A stretch of DNA of 62,264 nucleotides, counting the filler, from Nemertoderma westbladi (lineage: Eukaryota > Animalia > Xenacoelomorpha), in NCBI GenBank assembly GCA_032718475.1. It is 3 parts of 3 records of this genome, joined end to end, with 100 filler letters (N's around TTAATTAATTAA, not from the genome) between each part and the next. Parts side by side here need not be neighbours in the genome. Positions count along the whole stretch, not along the records: positions 24,033 to 52,511 come from JAUCBJ010008655.1; 2 more parts are not named here. One strand, 5' to 3'. This document shows, piece by piece, positions 23,933 to 36,689 of the stretch. The position numbers were made by a program, and so were the translations under genes. The notes below the pieces were generated by a model. It saw only the letters and a list, made by a program, of their open reading frames with translations. It was not told the DNA's origin and searched no databases. Position 1 is the first letter of the stretch, and each line of letters starts with the position of its first letter.

Positions 23933-24032
23933 NNNNNNNNNNNNNNNNNNNNNNNNNNNNNNNNNNNNNNNNNNNNTTAATTAATTAANNNNNNNNNNNN
24001 NNNNNNNNNNNNNNNNNNNNNNNNNNNNNNNN
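23933..24032. other. Assembly gap spacer (N run with TTAATTAATTAA linker)
   Basis: The same 100-nt construct recurs at 52512-52611. Confidence 0.98.
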
Positions 24033-25736
24033 ACAGGCCTAATTATTTCAGGCTCATCTACTATAGTAGGGAGTCTTTCTATTTTAATTATTTGGTCTGT
24101 GGGCTCTGTACTACCTACTTTGGTGTTATTTAGTTGCCTTCTAACAGCTGGAGGCAAATCAGGCAATTTCTGCCGGTGGAATGTTCTTTTACGTCTGCTT
24201 AGACGAGATCTATTTCCTTTGCCTTCAGTATCGGTGGTATCGCCTTCTTCAGATGATGTATATCCCTGTCTTTTGGGAGTAGATCGATTCATCATCTGCA
24301 TATTACTAGCTGTTAACTGTTTACTGAAGTCGTCTTGCTTCTCTTGAAGCGTTTCCAACTCCAGTTGGGCGATCTCTTCAGCCGCTCTCCGTTCTGCTTC
24401 TGCTGCTGCCGCTTTTGCCTCTGCCGCTGCCGCTTTTGCCTCTGCCGCTGCTTCTGCTACTGCCGCTTTTGCTCTGCCGCTGCTTCTGCTCTGCCGCTTT
24501 TGCCTCTGCCGCTGCTTCTGCTGCTGCCGCTTTTGCCTCTGCCTCTGCTTTTGCTGCGGCCTTTCTGTCTTCTATACGTTTTTTCCTTACTTGTTCTTCT
24601 TGTTCTCTAACGATGCGGAGTTGTTCATCGAATTTAGCCTGGTTCGCAGCCCTCATTTCCACATCGATGGCATCCAACACAAGCTTGGTTCCTTCACTAT
24701 TAGGGCTAAGTCCCTCTAACCTTCTCCTCAACTCGTCATCACCTAAAAAACGTTGATAGTCTGACAGATAGATGTCAATGGCATCCCTCTTATGCGGTTT
24801 CTCTGCCGTCGCTTCACTTTCCACTTGGGAAAAAGTAGCGTCTGTTGATTCTCCATGGGTTGAGCGCTCCTCCAACTGAGCTTTCCACTGAGCTGCTCCT
24901 TGAACCTGGCGACTCACCCGTTGAAACCAAGTCTTCACGGCAACTTGCAACGACGTGTCTTGTCTTCTTTTAGAAGCCTCTTCGAAGGCGGATAAGATTA
25001 GCCTAATTCGTAGAACTCTTTCTCTAACTTGATAAAGCAGCGATCCCTGCTCTTGAGGTCCTTGAGGTTGTTGAAACAGTTGTCTCTCTACTCGCTCCAT
25101 AGAGCTGAAGAATCCCTGTGCGTATCCGGCTGCGGACCTCTTCCATACAGCTGGATCGATGGTTTCCTTGGCTACTCCCATCCGGTGTATGTCTTCCCAG
25201 GCAGCTTCTGATAAATCAAACGGGAGTCCGGGTCCGGGGAAGTTCCATTGCGACTCGACAATAGACTTCAGTTCTTCTCTCGTGTACCCCGCGTAACTAT
25301 CTCTAGTTGATCGTTGACTCCTCGCCCAATCGATCTGGTGTTCTTCCACCGCGATCAATAACCTGGCGAGCACGGCTGCAGGAAGGATGAGAAGGGGATC
25401 CGTATAAACCGCATCCGTCATCTCTGCTCCGCGCTCGGGTGTCAGCTCTACAGTATCCTCACTACTGGAGCTGCTGGGCCGCTGAGGAATAAGTTCTTGA
25501 CTAGCGGGTTGTTGCTGTTCCGCTGCCTTTTGGTCCCGCTTGACCTGAGCTCGAGTGCCTATGATAGACCTACGATGTTGGACCAGCCTAGGTTCTGTTA
25601 TTACTACTGGAGGGATGACCTTCCTCACAGTGGGAGGTGAACTGGATTTACGACCAGACGGTTGTACGTCTCTATCTGAGTCGCAGATAGTTACATCTAA
25701 TAAACTGTCTGACAGGTTCTGCTTAGTATCAGACAT
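24033..25736 (-). pseudogene. gag-like ORF with Ala/Glu/Lys coiled-coil repeat and a frameshift near 24490
   Basis: The AEAKAAAA repeat continues in the alternate frame into ORF 23981-24358. First ORF after the putative PBS. No zinc knuckle seen before the gap. Confidence 0.5.
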
Positions 25737-27111
25737 GACTATGTATACCGTTGAATGTCTACTGCTGTATTACAGTCTGAGTAAGTCTAGTAACTCAGTA
25801 TTAACTGCTAGCCTAGTAATTAATTACCGGTACTGCTACTCAGTGTAGCGTGATATATATATAATATATTAGAATACCGGTATGCTTATAGTATATATAA
25901 CTATATAAGTATTATTACAGACTAGGTTTATCACAGAATACCGGTATAATTTTAGCACAAATATATATAAATATATAATAGGCCTATCGGAATACCGGTA
26001 TACAGCTTACAGTTTGTAGTATATATAATTCTGGAATAGAATTAATTACAAGTACCGGTATAATTTCAGCCTAGATTTATAGAAATAAGATAATAGGCCT
26101 ATCGTAAATACCGGTATATCAATTATTTTAGAATAATTGAATTTCTGAACTTTAAGGGTTACTTTGTTACTTTACTTACTTTATTACCGTTATTTGAGCA
26201 GTAGTCCAACTGATATTGAGACCTAATGGTTTTATGGTAGGCCTACTATTTATAAATCGTTAGATTTGATTTATAATGTATTTATACCCGTTTTAATGGG
26301 TTTAGTCAATGTTTGAAATAAATGTTATTATTTCTGGGGTAATCACTACACAAAGCGGTGCGCTTTCAGTGAAGTGTTACGTATAGGACACTAAAACAAA
26401 TAATTCTAATTTACCTAAGTTACTTAATACTACAAATTACGTACAATTCGGGTGAGATTACAATCTCTAAATAAACACAAAAATTTACAAAAAACACAAA
26501 ATACGAATTTTTAGGGTAATTTTACAAGAAGTCTACAAACCAGCCTAACAAAGGGTTAGATAACCGGTTATTACAACGGACAGAGTACTACGGTATTTGA
26601 AATAATAAGTAGTAGTAAATACACTGCGTTGTCTAGATAGGAAAATACCACCGCCTGACGACCTATAGCCGTATCGCTATAGGTTCTACGTTATGTATCA
26701 CGGAGTGTTCCTACCTAGAAGTTAATAGAGCTAATCGAATGTGCCTATCAACCACTTTACAACACAGATATAATGTCTACACTAATTACTTCGGAAAGTA
26801 CTGTACACTAAACCCTAAATTAGGTACGAGTACTTGTACAACAGATAATCAGTAGTTAAATATACTTGAACAGCTAAAAGAACCACGGCATCTGCTGGAG
26901 TGACCGATGCACAAAATCACCAGTCTTTACCTACGCCGAGCAGCCCGTGTAGTACCGGGGTTAATTTAACTATAGCGGTATGTATAACAAACACAATTAC
27001 TGTAGGAACAAACTTGGGGAATGAATGTTGCGGATAATCGCATAAACTCTGAATAATAAATATTACGCTACGCGTACAAACTACTCAAACAAAATACAGA
27101 CCGAACACTGA

Positions 27112-27600
27112 CAGACTACTATCAAGCCTAAACAAACTACGGTATATGCAGACTCCGAAATGATTAGGGAGTATGCGCTCTAACCCAGTAGTGCGACTTA
27201 TTCTTTAGTTGGGGGTTTACCTTACAGCGTTCGCTGCCCCTACTTCCTAACCGTACTTAATCGGACAAATGATCTACACACACGGCAATCCGTTCAGACC
27301 TAATAACAGCCAGACAACTATCCAGCCTACAAATTATCTAAATAAAATTATACGCTACCCGTACAGACTTACACAAACAAAGTACAGACTAAACGATGGC
27401 AGACTACTCTCAAGCCTAAATAAACTACAGGACATGCAGACTCCGAAATGATTAGGGAGTATGCGCTCTAACCCAGTAGTGCGACTTATTCTTTAGTTGG
27501 GGGTTTACCTTACAGCGTTCGCTGCCCCTACTTCCTAACCGTACTTAATCGGACAGGTGATCTACACACACTGCAATTCGTTCGGACTTAACAGCAATCA
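27112..27600. repeat. Direct duplication (period ~288 bp) with ~140-bp identical core in the element leader
   Basis: ATGCAGACTCCGAAATGATTAGGG...CTTAATCGGACA occurs twice. Confidence 0.9.
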
Positions 27601-28026
27601 GACAACAGCTCAGCCTACAAATCGTCTGTACAATCTGATCAGGCTTACACGCCTTCTGTTCAATACTGGCCTACAAATAAATAAAACTTGACAGAAATAA
27701 GTAAGCTCCAAAAGAAACAAGGGGTGTACAGTCCCTAATCTCTTAAACAGCCTACCGGTATACAACAATCAAATCGAATAATACTGCTGTACTTATACGG
27801 AAAGTACCGGTTAGGACAGTTAGGCCTACGGACCTACAGAAGTACCGGTTCTAGCGGTTGGGCCTACTGACCTACAGATGTACCGGTTCTAGCGGTTGGG
27901 CCTACTGACCTACAGATGTACCGGTTGACCGGTACTTTCAACTTTATTGCTTACTGCAACAAAGAAGCTATATCCTTTAATGTTCGCGCTTTCAGACCTT
28001 TGGCAGTTTAACCCGCCAAATTAAGA

Positions 28027-29238
28027 TGTCTTCTAGATATTAAATCGCTTTTTAGCCTATGACAAGTATTTGATTCACTACACTAGTCGAAACCAATCCG
28101 TGCGCGACCATTCACCCGCTGGATATTCCCGGGAGATTGGGTTCGACGGTTTAATTTTATTGCTATGTAAGCTTAATGTATTATTCGACTGACAGTATTA
28201 TATAATCTCTGACAATATTATTTACCTTCGGGAATATTAACAGTTCCTTTAGGACGTGGCGCTTTATCTATATAAACAGAGTTATGACTTAAACTACTCA
28301 CAACGATATGGCTTAATTATAATTCACATATATGGCGCATTCTTTAGGAATTGCTTCTTTAACAGACTCGCTCATACGCAATGCTGCACAATACTGCACA
28401 CTAATCTGCCAATCTTCACTGATTTTAGTCACATATAAAAGGAACACAGACTGACTCATGTAGGGTCTATCAAATAACATTAGATTCACTTCAAACCACT
28501 TTAACATAAGTCACAATCGTTATTGGTAACCTTTATCTCTTACCTTCGGTATATCAAGAATATTGGGTGTCGGGGTTATTTCTCGTTATTCCAATATAAT
28601 AATTCATCAACCATATTATGAAGAACTGACAGTAAATAGCAGTATAACAATATAAAAGTATGCACAGGTTGTTTGATTAGGTATGATATGTCAGTTAGCA
28701 GTATGCCGGTCCGCAGATCAATCGTGCCAGTTTGTTTTGATATTTACAGAGTTTAAAGCCAGGTTGTTTGATGCGTAATTGCAGCCAGTTAAAGGATATA
28801 TGTCCTTGTAATTAAACCTACTAGTGTTGAGCTAAAAAGCATAAAACATAAAACACTAAAAGCCGTTCTTTCGTGGCTTTGAAAAACTCGTGACTACTGC
28901 TCTATACGAGGATACCAACTCCCTTATTCCACGAAGCTCCCGTTCAACACAGAGAAAGAGCAGTGAGATAGGAAATTTTCAGTTCAGTGCTCTGTGATAG
29001 GTCGAAATCAAGGCTAACTCAAATTCTATTGGGAGATACAACACAAGGCTATGACGCAACCTCCCTAGGCTTGTTGGCCGATTAAACAGAGCCCAGATGC
29101 CTGCGTATAGCAAATCAGCCAATAAGCTGGTAACTTGCACTATTTTTAACTGTAGATCACTTTGAGAGTATTCTTAGCGACTGGGGGGGAACTGGCCAAC
29201 AAGGCAAACGAATCAGTTATCCCACAAAAGCTTTTACA
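28027..29238 (-). repeat. Putative 5' LTR of the minus-strand element
   Basis: TGT...ACA ends, CCAAT-like boxes near 29030-29125 and a polyA signal at 28161-28156. No second copy in the window to confirm. Confidence 0.45.
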
Positions 29239-29929
29239 GGACTCACAACGGGCTGACAGACCCCTTGCCAAGCCGTACCACTTTCCTGATGACCGATCCC
29301 TTCGGGGTTCGGGAAGGGTGGGACGGACACGCAACGGGGTCGAAAGACAAAGGACCTGACTCTACTGGCCTACCGACTATTCGGAGCAGCTTCTCATCTA
29401 CCGAAGCGACTACGAGCCTGAAAGGGACTCGGAAAACTTAGGTGGTTGGGACCCTGCGATGAACCGACAGACCCTTAGCCAAGCCGTACCGCTTTCCTGA
29501 TGACCGATCCCTTTGGGGTTCGGGAAGGGTGGGACGGACACACAACAGGGTCGACCGACACCGACACTACGGTACCGAGACTAGGACTGAGGGAAAATGG
29601 GGAACATTAGTTATTTTAAAATCTAAAGCGAACAGTGGGTAATTAAATAATGTACTGTAGGAATTTATATGTTCATATATTATTGTGAATATTTGGTGTA
29701 TATTGGTGTGGGGAAGCCCAACTTATTCTCAATCAAGATTCAACTGTAGGAAAGTTACATTAAAAGATTATATCCAACCAATGCAACGTTTTCTCAATTG
29801 CAATCTTGCATCTCAGAAAGGACTCCTTCTCCACTCCCAATATCCGGTGACTGGCCGGAATCCCGTGGTCTGAAAATTCCGCCTCCAGCATCGGCGTTTT
29901 TCCCCATGGTGTCGAGAATAACGGCAACA
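29239..29929 (+). repeat. BEL 5' LTR, 3' portion only (691 bp)
   Basis: Colinear with 40080-40770 with scattered substitutions and no net indel. Ends GGCAACA. Confidence 0.92.
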
Positions 29930-30307
29930 AAATTGAGAATAAGACGCAGCCAACTTCAACTGGTGGAAGTTGGGAATTCTACAGTACTCTTCAAACTCTC
30001 TCCGTGCTTACCCAGCACCCACTACGAGGAAACTCTGGTATTTGATTTAAGACAAAGCTGTGGTTTAATCAACTTACAAACTCAAACTAAAACTCGTAGT
30101 CGGCAGATCATTAATAGAGAGTTGTTAACAGTGAATGGAAGTATCGATTACACCTATTGATATAATCCAAGTTGAGCCAGGAATCTGGCACATTGAAGTC
30201 GAAGTACAAGGAATGAACGTTGGACGATTCAGGATTACCGTTCGGGTAGTCCAGGCTGAATACGAAACCTACGACATCGCATATCTAGCAATAAACGAGG
30301 CGCTAGA

Positions 30308-33300
30308 ATGACGACGAATAACGTCTCCGACACCGACGAAATGGACCTCCACACAGACTCGGAAATCGACGAGGTCCCAAATGTAAAGAACATGGCCCGT
30401 CGACTGGGCGCTCTCAAAGGCAGAGTGACTCGAGCATATCACCGCATCGAGAAACAACTAAAGGGAGCCGAGACCCCCCTCAGCGATATACAGACTCAAC
30501 TACAGAATATCCGAAGTATCCTACAACGATATGAACGGATGATACAGGCATATCAGGAACTCATCTCCGCAACCGATCTGGGAAACTACCCCAGACTGGA
30601 AGAACACGTCGCACATCTGGACGAGTTCCGCAAGCAATATCGGAGGACCCTCAGCCTCGTAAGAGGCTATGAGGAACAGTACTACAAAAGAACTGAAAGG
30701 ACGGATGTGGAATCAGTGCGGACCTCCGGAACCAGGACCGTGGTTCAGCGAAAGAGAACTGGGTCCTAGAGGCACCAGCACTCCAGCGCCAGGAGCGAGA
30801 TATCCGGTTCAGCGCGCAGTTCCCAAGGGGGTCAACCACTCCGAGATCAGCTCTGAGAACAGAGGGCATTGGCCCTTAAAGCTCGAATGGAAGACGAATA
30901 TGTCCAACTGCAGATTGAACAGGATGTACTGGCGGAGGAGAGACATAAACAGGAGGCCGAAATACAGGCCGAGATACGTAAACAAGAGGCCGAACGACAA
31001 AAACAAGAGGCTGAACAACAAAAACAAGAGGCCGAACAACAGGCCGAGATACGTAAACGAGAGGCCGAACAACAGGCCGAGATACGTAAACAAGAGGCCG
31101 AACAACAGGCCGAGATACGTAAACAAAAGGCCGAAATGCGTAAAGTAGAGGCCGAACAACAGGCTGAGATACGTAAACAAGAGGCCGAAATGCGTAAACG
31201 AAATGCCGAGGCCCAAGCGATTCTTATTCACAAAAAGAATGCGGACATTGCTAAACTCGCAGAATACGAGGCCGCCTAATAGAACGGGACCTTCAATTGT
31301 ACGAGGACTGGGAAAGGGGTATCAAACAAGACTATGAACCAATTCCGGTCCCGGAATTAGAAAAGTCATTTACGCCACCGGCTGCGAAACCTCCGAAACC
31401 CGAGTTCCTGCCTACTATACAGTCCACGTTATCGGCACAAGCACCGGTATTCCATCCTCCACCGGTTACGCTTAAGAATGAGGAACCCTATTTCACCTCC
31501 AATCCTACGGCACCGAGCGTTCCCCAGTACGAGCCTGAAAAGGACTCAGAACCACTCGATCCAATAATCCATTCACATCCACACCGAAAATCTGTAACCG
31601 CGTCATCATTAAAACTCCACCTCTCATTGATCCATCATGTATGGGAGAAAGCGTTAGTAACTATAATCCTCCTAGTCATCCCAGTTCGGACGACGTCGGC
31701 ATCATCCGAGCATTAGAGAACCGCCTATCTATGCCCAAGATGGAAATCCGTACATTCGAGGGAGACCCCGTTGATTATCTCGGATTTAAAAAACGGTTCT
31801 TTGCTCAGATCGGATCAACAGACATAACTGATGCGCAAAAACTGGTATATTTATCTCAATACCTGGGTGATAAACCACGCCGAATCGTTAAATGTTTCGA
31901 AGGAGGATCTCACGAAGCGTACCACGATGCGTGGAAAACTCTAGATTAAAGATATGGTAACATGAAATTGGAAAAAAAATTAAATTGAAAATTGGAACAT
32001 CAGAACTATAATCAATAAGACGATTGAAAAACTGATACAGGACGCTGGATCCCTAGGGGACCCACAGAATATCCAAGAGTTTTCGGACTCAATGAAAGAC
32101 GCTTACTACACTTTAAAACCATTAAACAAGGAAGAACAAGTAAACAACATCCTAAACCTCCGACAGATTGCCCGGAAGTTCCCCGGATGGTTGCAAAGCA
32201 AATGGGCGTATAAATGTGTCGATCTCCGATGCAGACACCCGGATCGAGATCCTAGTTTCCTCGAAATGTCGGCATTCCTAGATAACATTTCCGAAGCCAT
32301 GAATGACTCAATGTTCTCCAAGCAAAGTCTCTCCAAGTTAGACGGAATAGAGAACAACTCTAGGAGCAGAGCACCCACTCCGAAACCGAGATTCCGCCCC
32401 CTTCTGGTGAGTACGATGGCCATCACCATGGCCGGGGATTCCGATGACGAGGACTATGAGGAACCGACATCAGCCGAGGAATGGGCGTGTTATCTAGCGA
32501 ATTGGGCACCCAAAAGGGAAGGCACCACAACCTCCCTTCTATGTCTCTTCTGTGGGGAGAAACACAAGGTGGAATTCTGCAGAAAGTTCCAGTTTGCTGA
32601 ACTCGTTCCACGCTTCGAGGCAATAATGAAACACCGAGGATGCTTCCGGTGTCTCAGAACAGGTCACTACGTCCGGGATTGCGACCAAAGTCGCGCGGTC
32701 TGTAACGACCTACGACATCACACACTCCTCCACATTCCTGCTAATTTCGATTTCACTACCCTACCGTTCCGGATCGAATCCAAACGGAGAGGAGAAACGA
32801 ATCACGTCTCCAAGGGTACCCGGATGATTCAGCAGAGGGAAACCAATCCGTTTAAGACCACCGCCGATGTATCACATGTGACCAGTATATCAGCTACGGT
32901 CAATTTAATAAACCGCCGTTATATGGTCTTCGCCAAAGTGATCCCAGTAAGAATCCAAGTGGTCGGAAAATCCTCAACAACACTCGCGTTCCTCGACAAC
33001 GGGTCGGATGGAACCATCATCGACTGGGATTTCCTCGAACAACTAGGCCTAGACTACGAACCTTGCAAGCGGCCCATACAGACTATAACTGACCATAAAG
33101 AACTGGAGTCCGGGGAGGTACAACTCAAGATGGAAGGAGTTATGAAGGGTTACGAGATGGTCAAACTGACGATCAAAAATGCTCTGGTACACACCGATCT
33201 CCGAGTGCGGTTCCGACAATCATCTGAATACGCACCCCTCATACAGTTAGACCGGGAAGATGTGGATCTACGATGCCCACCGTTGGACGTGAACAGAATT

Positions 33301-35165
33301 ACGCTATTAATTGGACTTGATACACCGGAATTACATATACCAACCGGAGACATCGCCCGATCCGTAAAGCCGGACGACGGTTTTTATGCGGAGCGCACCA
33401 TCATGGGATGGACACTCTGCGGCATCAAAGAGGAAACTACCGACACATATACATATCTCCCTAAATGCCAGATCAAAGAGAACGCAACATCTGTGGGTTA
33501 CTGTTCAGTAACAGACCTGGAAGAGGATTTATTGTTGGAAACCGAAAATACCCAACAGGAGATTCATAAAGTCCATGGAAGCGCCACCGTGGAAATCTAT
33601 AGTTGCCTGACCGAGCCTGCAAAGGACTCGGGCAGGCACTATAATGTTGCGACCACTATGCAACCAGCCGCGTCCTTACACCTATTGATAGAGTGAACTT
33701 CCTCGATGAGACATCTTATCCACCACGTCATGACTCTTCGTAACTTCCTGCGGTGGAGGGATAATACACCGATAGTTCGACGAAGTATACGAGAACTCAT
33801 TATTGCGGAGAAATGTATTGTTAAATATGTCCAGAAAGAAAGTTTCCCCGATGAATGGGAACAGCTCAGTGCGGGCAAGACCTTGAAACCGGACAGCCCA
33901 GTCTACCAGTTGAGACCCATGATGGGCGAAGATGGACTGATCCGACTAGATACCCGGATGGCAAACGCCCCGGTCGAATATGAAGTCAAATACCCAGCAC
34001 TTCTGCCCGGAACGTCAACACTAGCCAAGCTATTAATCCAACAGTGTCACGAGGAAAACCATCACGCGGGCCAGAACTGGATTATGGCTAACATCCGGCA
34101 AAGATATTGGATCACCCACATCCAGCCACTGATCCGGAAAGTCTTAAAACGTTGTTTCCCTTGCAGACGATACCTAGCGCCACTGCTCACCCAAAGAATG
34201 GCCGACCTACCGGCTACACGGCTGCAGTCCGATTCACCGCCGTTCTATGTAACCGGAGTAGACTGTTTCAGACCATTTACCATTATCGAGCGACGATCCA
34301 ACATCAAATGCTGGGGAGCCATCTTCACATGCCTTAGGTCAAGGGCGATTTACCTAGACCTCGTGGTAAACCTCACGCAGCACGCCTTTATCAACGCTCT
34401 GCGTCGGTTCGTGGCAAACAACGGATCATGCCGGCATATGTACTCCGATAATGGAACGAACTTCGTGGGAGGAGAAAGGGAACTCAGAGAGGCTATCGAG
34501 GGATGGTTCACTGAAGAGACCGCATCCTAAGTCTGGAAGGAACACCATATACAATGGCACTTCCAAACACCCTTGGCACCCCATACGAGCAGGGTATGGG
34601 AGAAACTCATCGACTTGGTGAAACGATCCATGCGCGTCGCGTTAGGGGATACCCGGGTAACCCACGACACCCTTCGCACTATATTCTGCGAGATCACGGC
34701 CACCCTAAACAACCGGCCCATCGTACCTATCCACGATGACCCCACAGATCTAGAGCCTCTTACACCTAACCATCTACTTGGAAGACCCAAAACCAACATT
34801 CTTCCAGAGGCAATGTTCCCAGATCCCAACGATATCGCGAGACATACCAATTGGAAAAAGGCCCAAGAGCTGGCAGCGCATTGGTGGAGAATCTGGGCCC
34901 AAGAGTACCTCATAACCCTCCGGACCAGGAGGAAGTGGAATAACACCAACAGGAACGTCGCAGTTGGCGACATGGTGCTGGTTAAGGAAGACCTTAAAGA
35001 CCGCGTCCACTGGCCTGTGGCGCGAGTCATGGAAATAACCCCAAGTAAAGACGGACTTGCGAGGACTGTGATGATACGAACGGCATAGGGCCACTACCAA
35101 CGCCCTATCCAGAGGCTGTGCCTTCTTGAAGGCAATGACAGCGGTGACTCCACGAGAAATGATAA
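30308..35165 (+). pseudogene. BEL gag-protease-integrase polyprotein, disrupted by stops/frameshifts
   Basis: BEL gag segment MPKMEIRTFEGDPVDY; three Cys/His boxes CLFCGEKH..C, CFRCLRTGH..C and C..RHHTLLH; protease FLDNGS; integrase H..HH..C..C, GVDCF, SDNGTNFVG, LTPNHLL; C-terminal VGDMVLV..WPVARV..RPIQRLCLL. Confidence 0.93.
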
Positions 35166-35172
35166 GTTCCCT

Positions 35173-36175
35173 ACTCCAGATCCTGCTGCAGACATTGGTG
35201 ACAATGCTAAACCCGTTTAAACCCTTCTCATCCTGTTGACAAACTCTTTTTATATGAGATTTACCAACAATGAATAATGGACCCCCTTAAACCAACTGTA
35301 ACCACGCAATGGTATTTGTGTTTCCTCGTGTGTTATGTGGAGTCCAGCGTCACCCTGCAGATGTTTCAACTGATGCAGGGTAGTTTATGTATTGTTCACC
35401 CTGATTTTGGTCATCCCCTGATTTCACTCCAGATCCTGCTGCAGACATTGGTGACAATGCTAAACCCGTTTAAACCCTTCTCATCCTGTTGACAAACTCT
35501 TTTTATATGAGATTTACCGACAATGAATAATGGACCCCCTTAAACCAACTGTAACCACACAATGGTATTTGTGTTTCCTCGTGTGTTATGTGGAGTCCAG
35601 CGTCACCCTGCAGATGTTTCAACTGATGCAGGGTAGTTTATGTATTGTTCACCCTGATTTTGGTCATCGGGACCAACTCCATTGGATTATTGGAAATGGT
35701 AAAGATTTGAAGTGGAATTCATTGTATCCATTGTGTTGTATTGTGTTGTCCGTTGCGTGTGCAGTTCGGGGCGTAGGTGGTGTAACTAGTCCAGCTGTAG
35801 ATCCCAGATTGCCGCGCAACACCCCCTCTATCACGTTATTCTGGTGGGTCCATGGTGCATCCACATGACTTCGTCGATAGAGGTTTTATGTTTCTCAGTC
35901 GCATTACTCTGGTGGGACCGTTGCGTGGATTTTGGGGCGTAGGCGGTGTAACTAGTCCAGCTGTAGATCCCAGAATGTTGCATAACCCCATGACATGACT
36001 TCGTCGGCTGAGCTTTATGTTGCTGGGAGTGTTATTCTGATGGGTCCCTGGTGCATTCCACGTGACTTCACTTCCAGCGTCTTCATTGTCCATTACGTGT
36101 GCAGTTTGGGGCGTAGGCGGTGTAACTAGCCCAGCTGTAGATCCCAGATTGCCGCGTAACACCCCTTCCACAACA
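35173..36175. repeat. Repeats in the BEL pol-ORF2 spacer: a 253-bp tandem duplication and three copies of a ~60-bp motif
   Basis: ACTCCAGATCCTGCTGCAGAC at 35173 and 35426. GGGGCGTAGG(T/C)GGTGTAACTAG(T/C)CCAGCTGTAGATCCCAGA at ~35768, ~35934 and ~36108. Confidence 0.9.
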
Positions 36176-36689
36176 ACGAAAATTTCCCAAAGAAGATGGT
36201 TGAATGTAGTTTGGAAATGATGAAAAGAAACAGACAACCCTACTATAAACTGAATGATGACGCGTATGATGATGAAAATGTAATGATGCGCACCCTGGTG
36301 CTGCACTTATAACAAATGATGATAGCCGGCCAATGAAATGTGGAAATAAATGAAATGTGGAAATAAATGATGAAATGTGATGAAATAATGAAATGTGAAA
36401 TGAGTAATAAATGAGAAATGAAAAAAGACAAAAAAATTTATAAAATGTAGAAAAGAAAATAATTGGAAAAAGAAGAGGACATAAAAAGTCAAAAAACTGG
36501 TTGGATAATAATGTATAGCTATAGTAACTGTAAATACTGAATGTAGTAGCAATAAGATGGTAGATGCCTATATAGCAATAATAATAAACTGAATAATAAT
36601 AAACTGAATTATTCTGCAGTCACTATAGAATCAGACTTTCTGGATTTATAACTAACTGATTTAAATTTGCAACGGACATAATTTAAAAT

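Larger units (their letters stand above)
24033..29238 (-). mobile_element. 5' part of a probable LTR retrotransposon (superfamily uncertain, Gypsy-like), cut by the gap
   Basis: Putative LTR TGT(29238)...ACA(28027) with AATAAA ~130 nt before its end, a PBS-like TGGCGGGTT at ~28018, a long leader, then a gag-like ORF. The start coincides exactly with the break in the BEL LTR. No pol is visible. Confidence 0.55.

Noticed and set aside
23933-24032. TTAATTAATTAA palindrome inside N runs
   Set aside because: Artificial all-frame-stop scaffold linker, repeated at 52512-52611.
29280-29540. CTGATGA plus stem-loop repeated twice in each BEL LTR as a possible hammerhead
   Set aside because: Followed by GAAG rather than GAAA, with no properly placed stem I or cleavage triplet.
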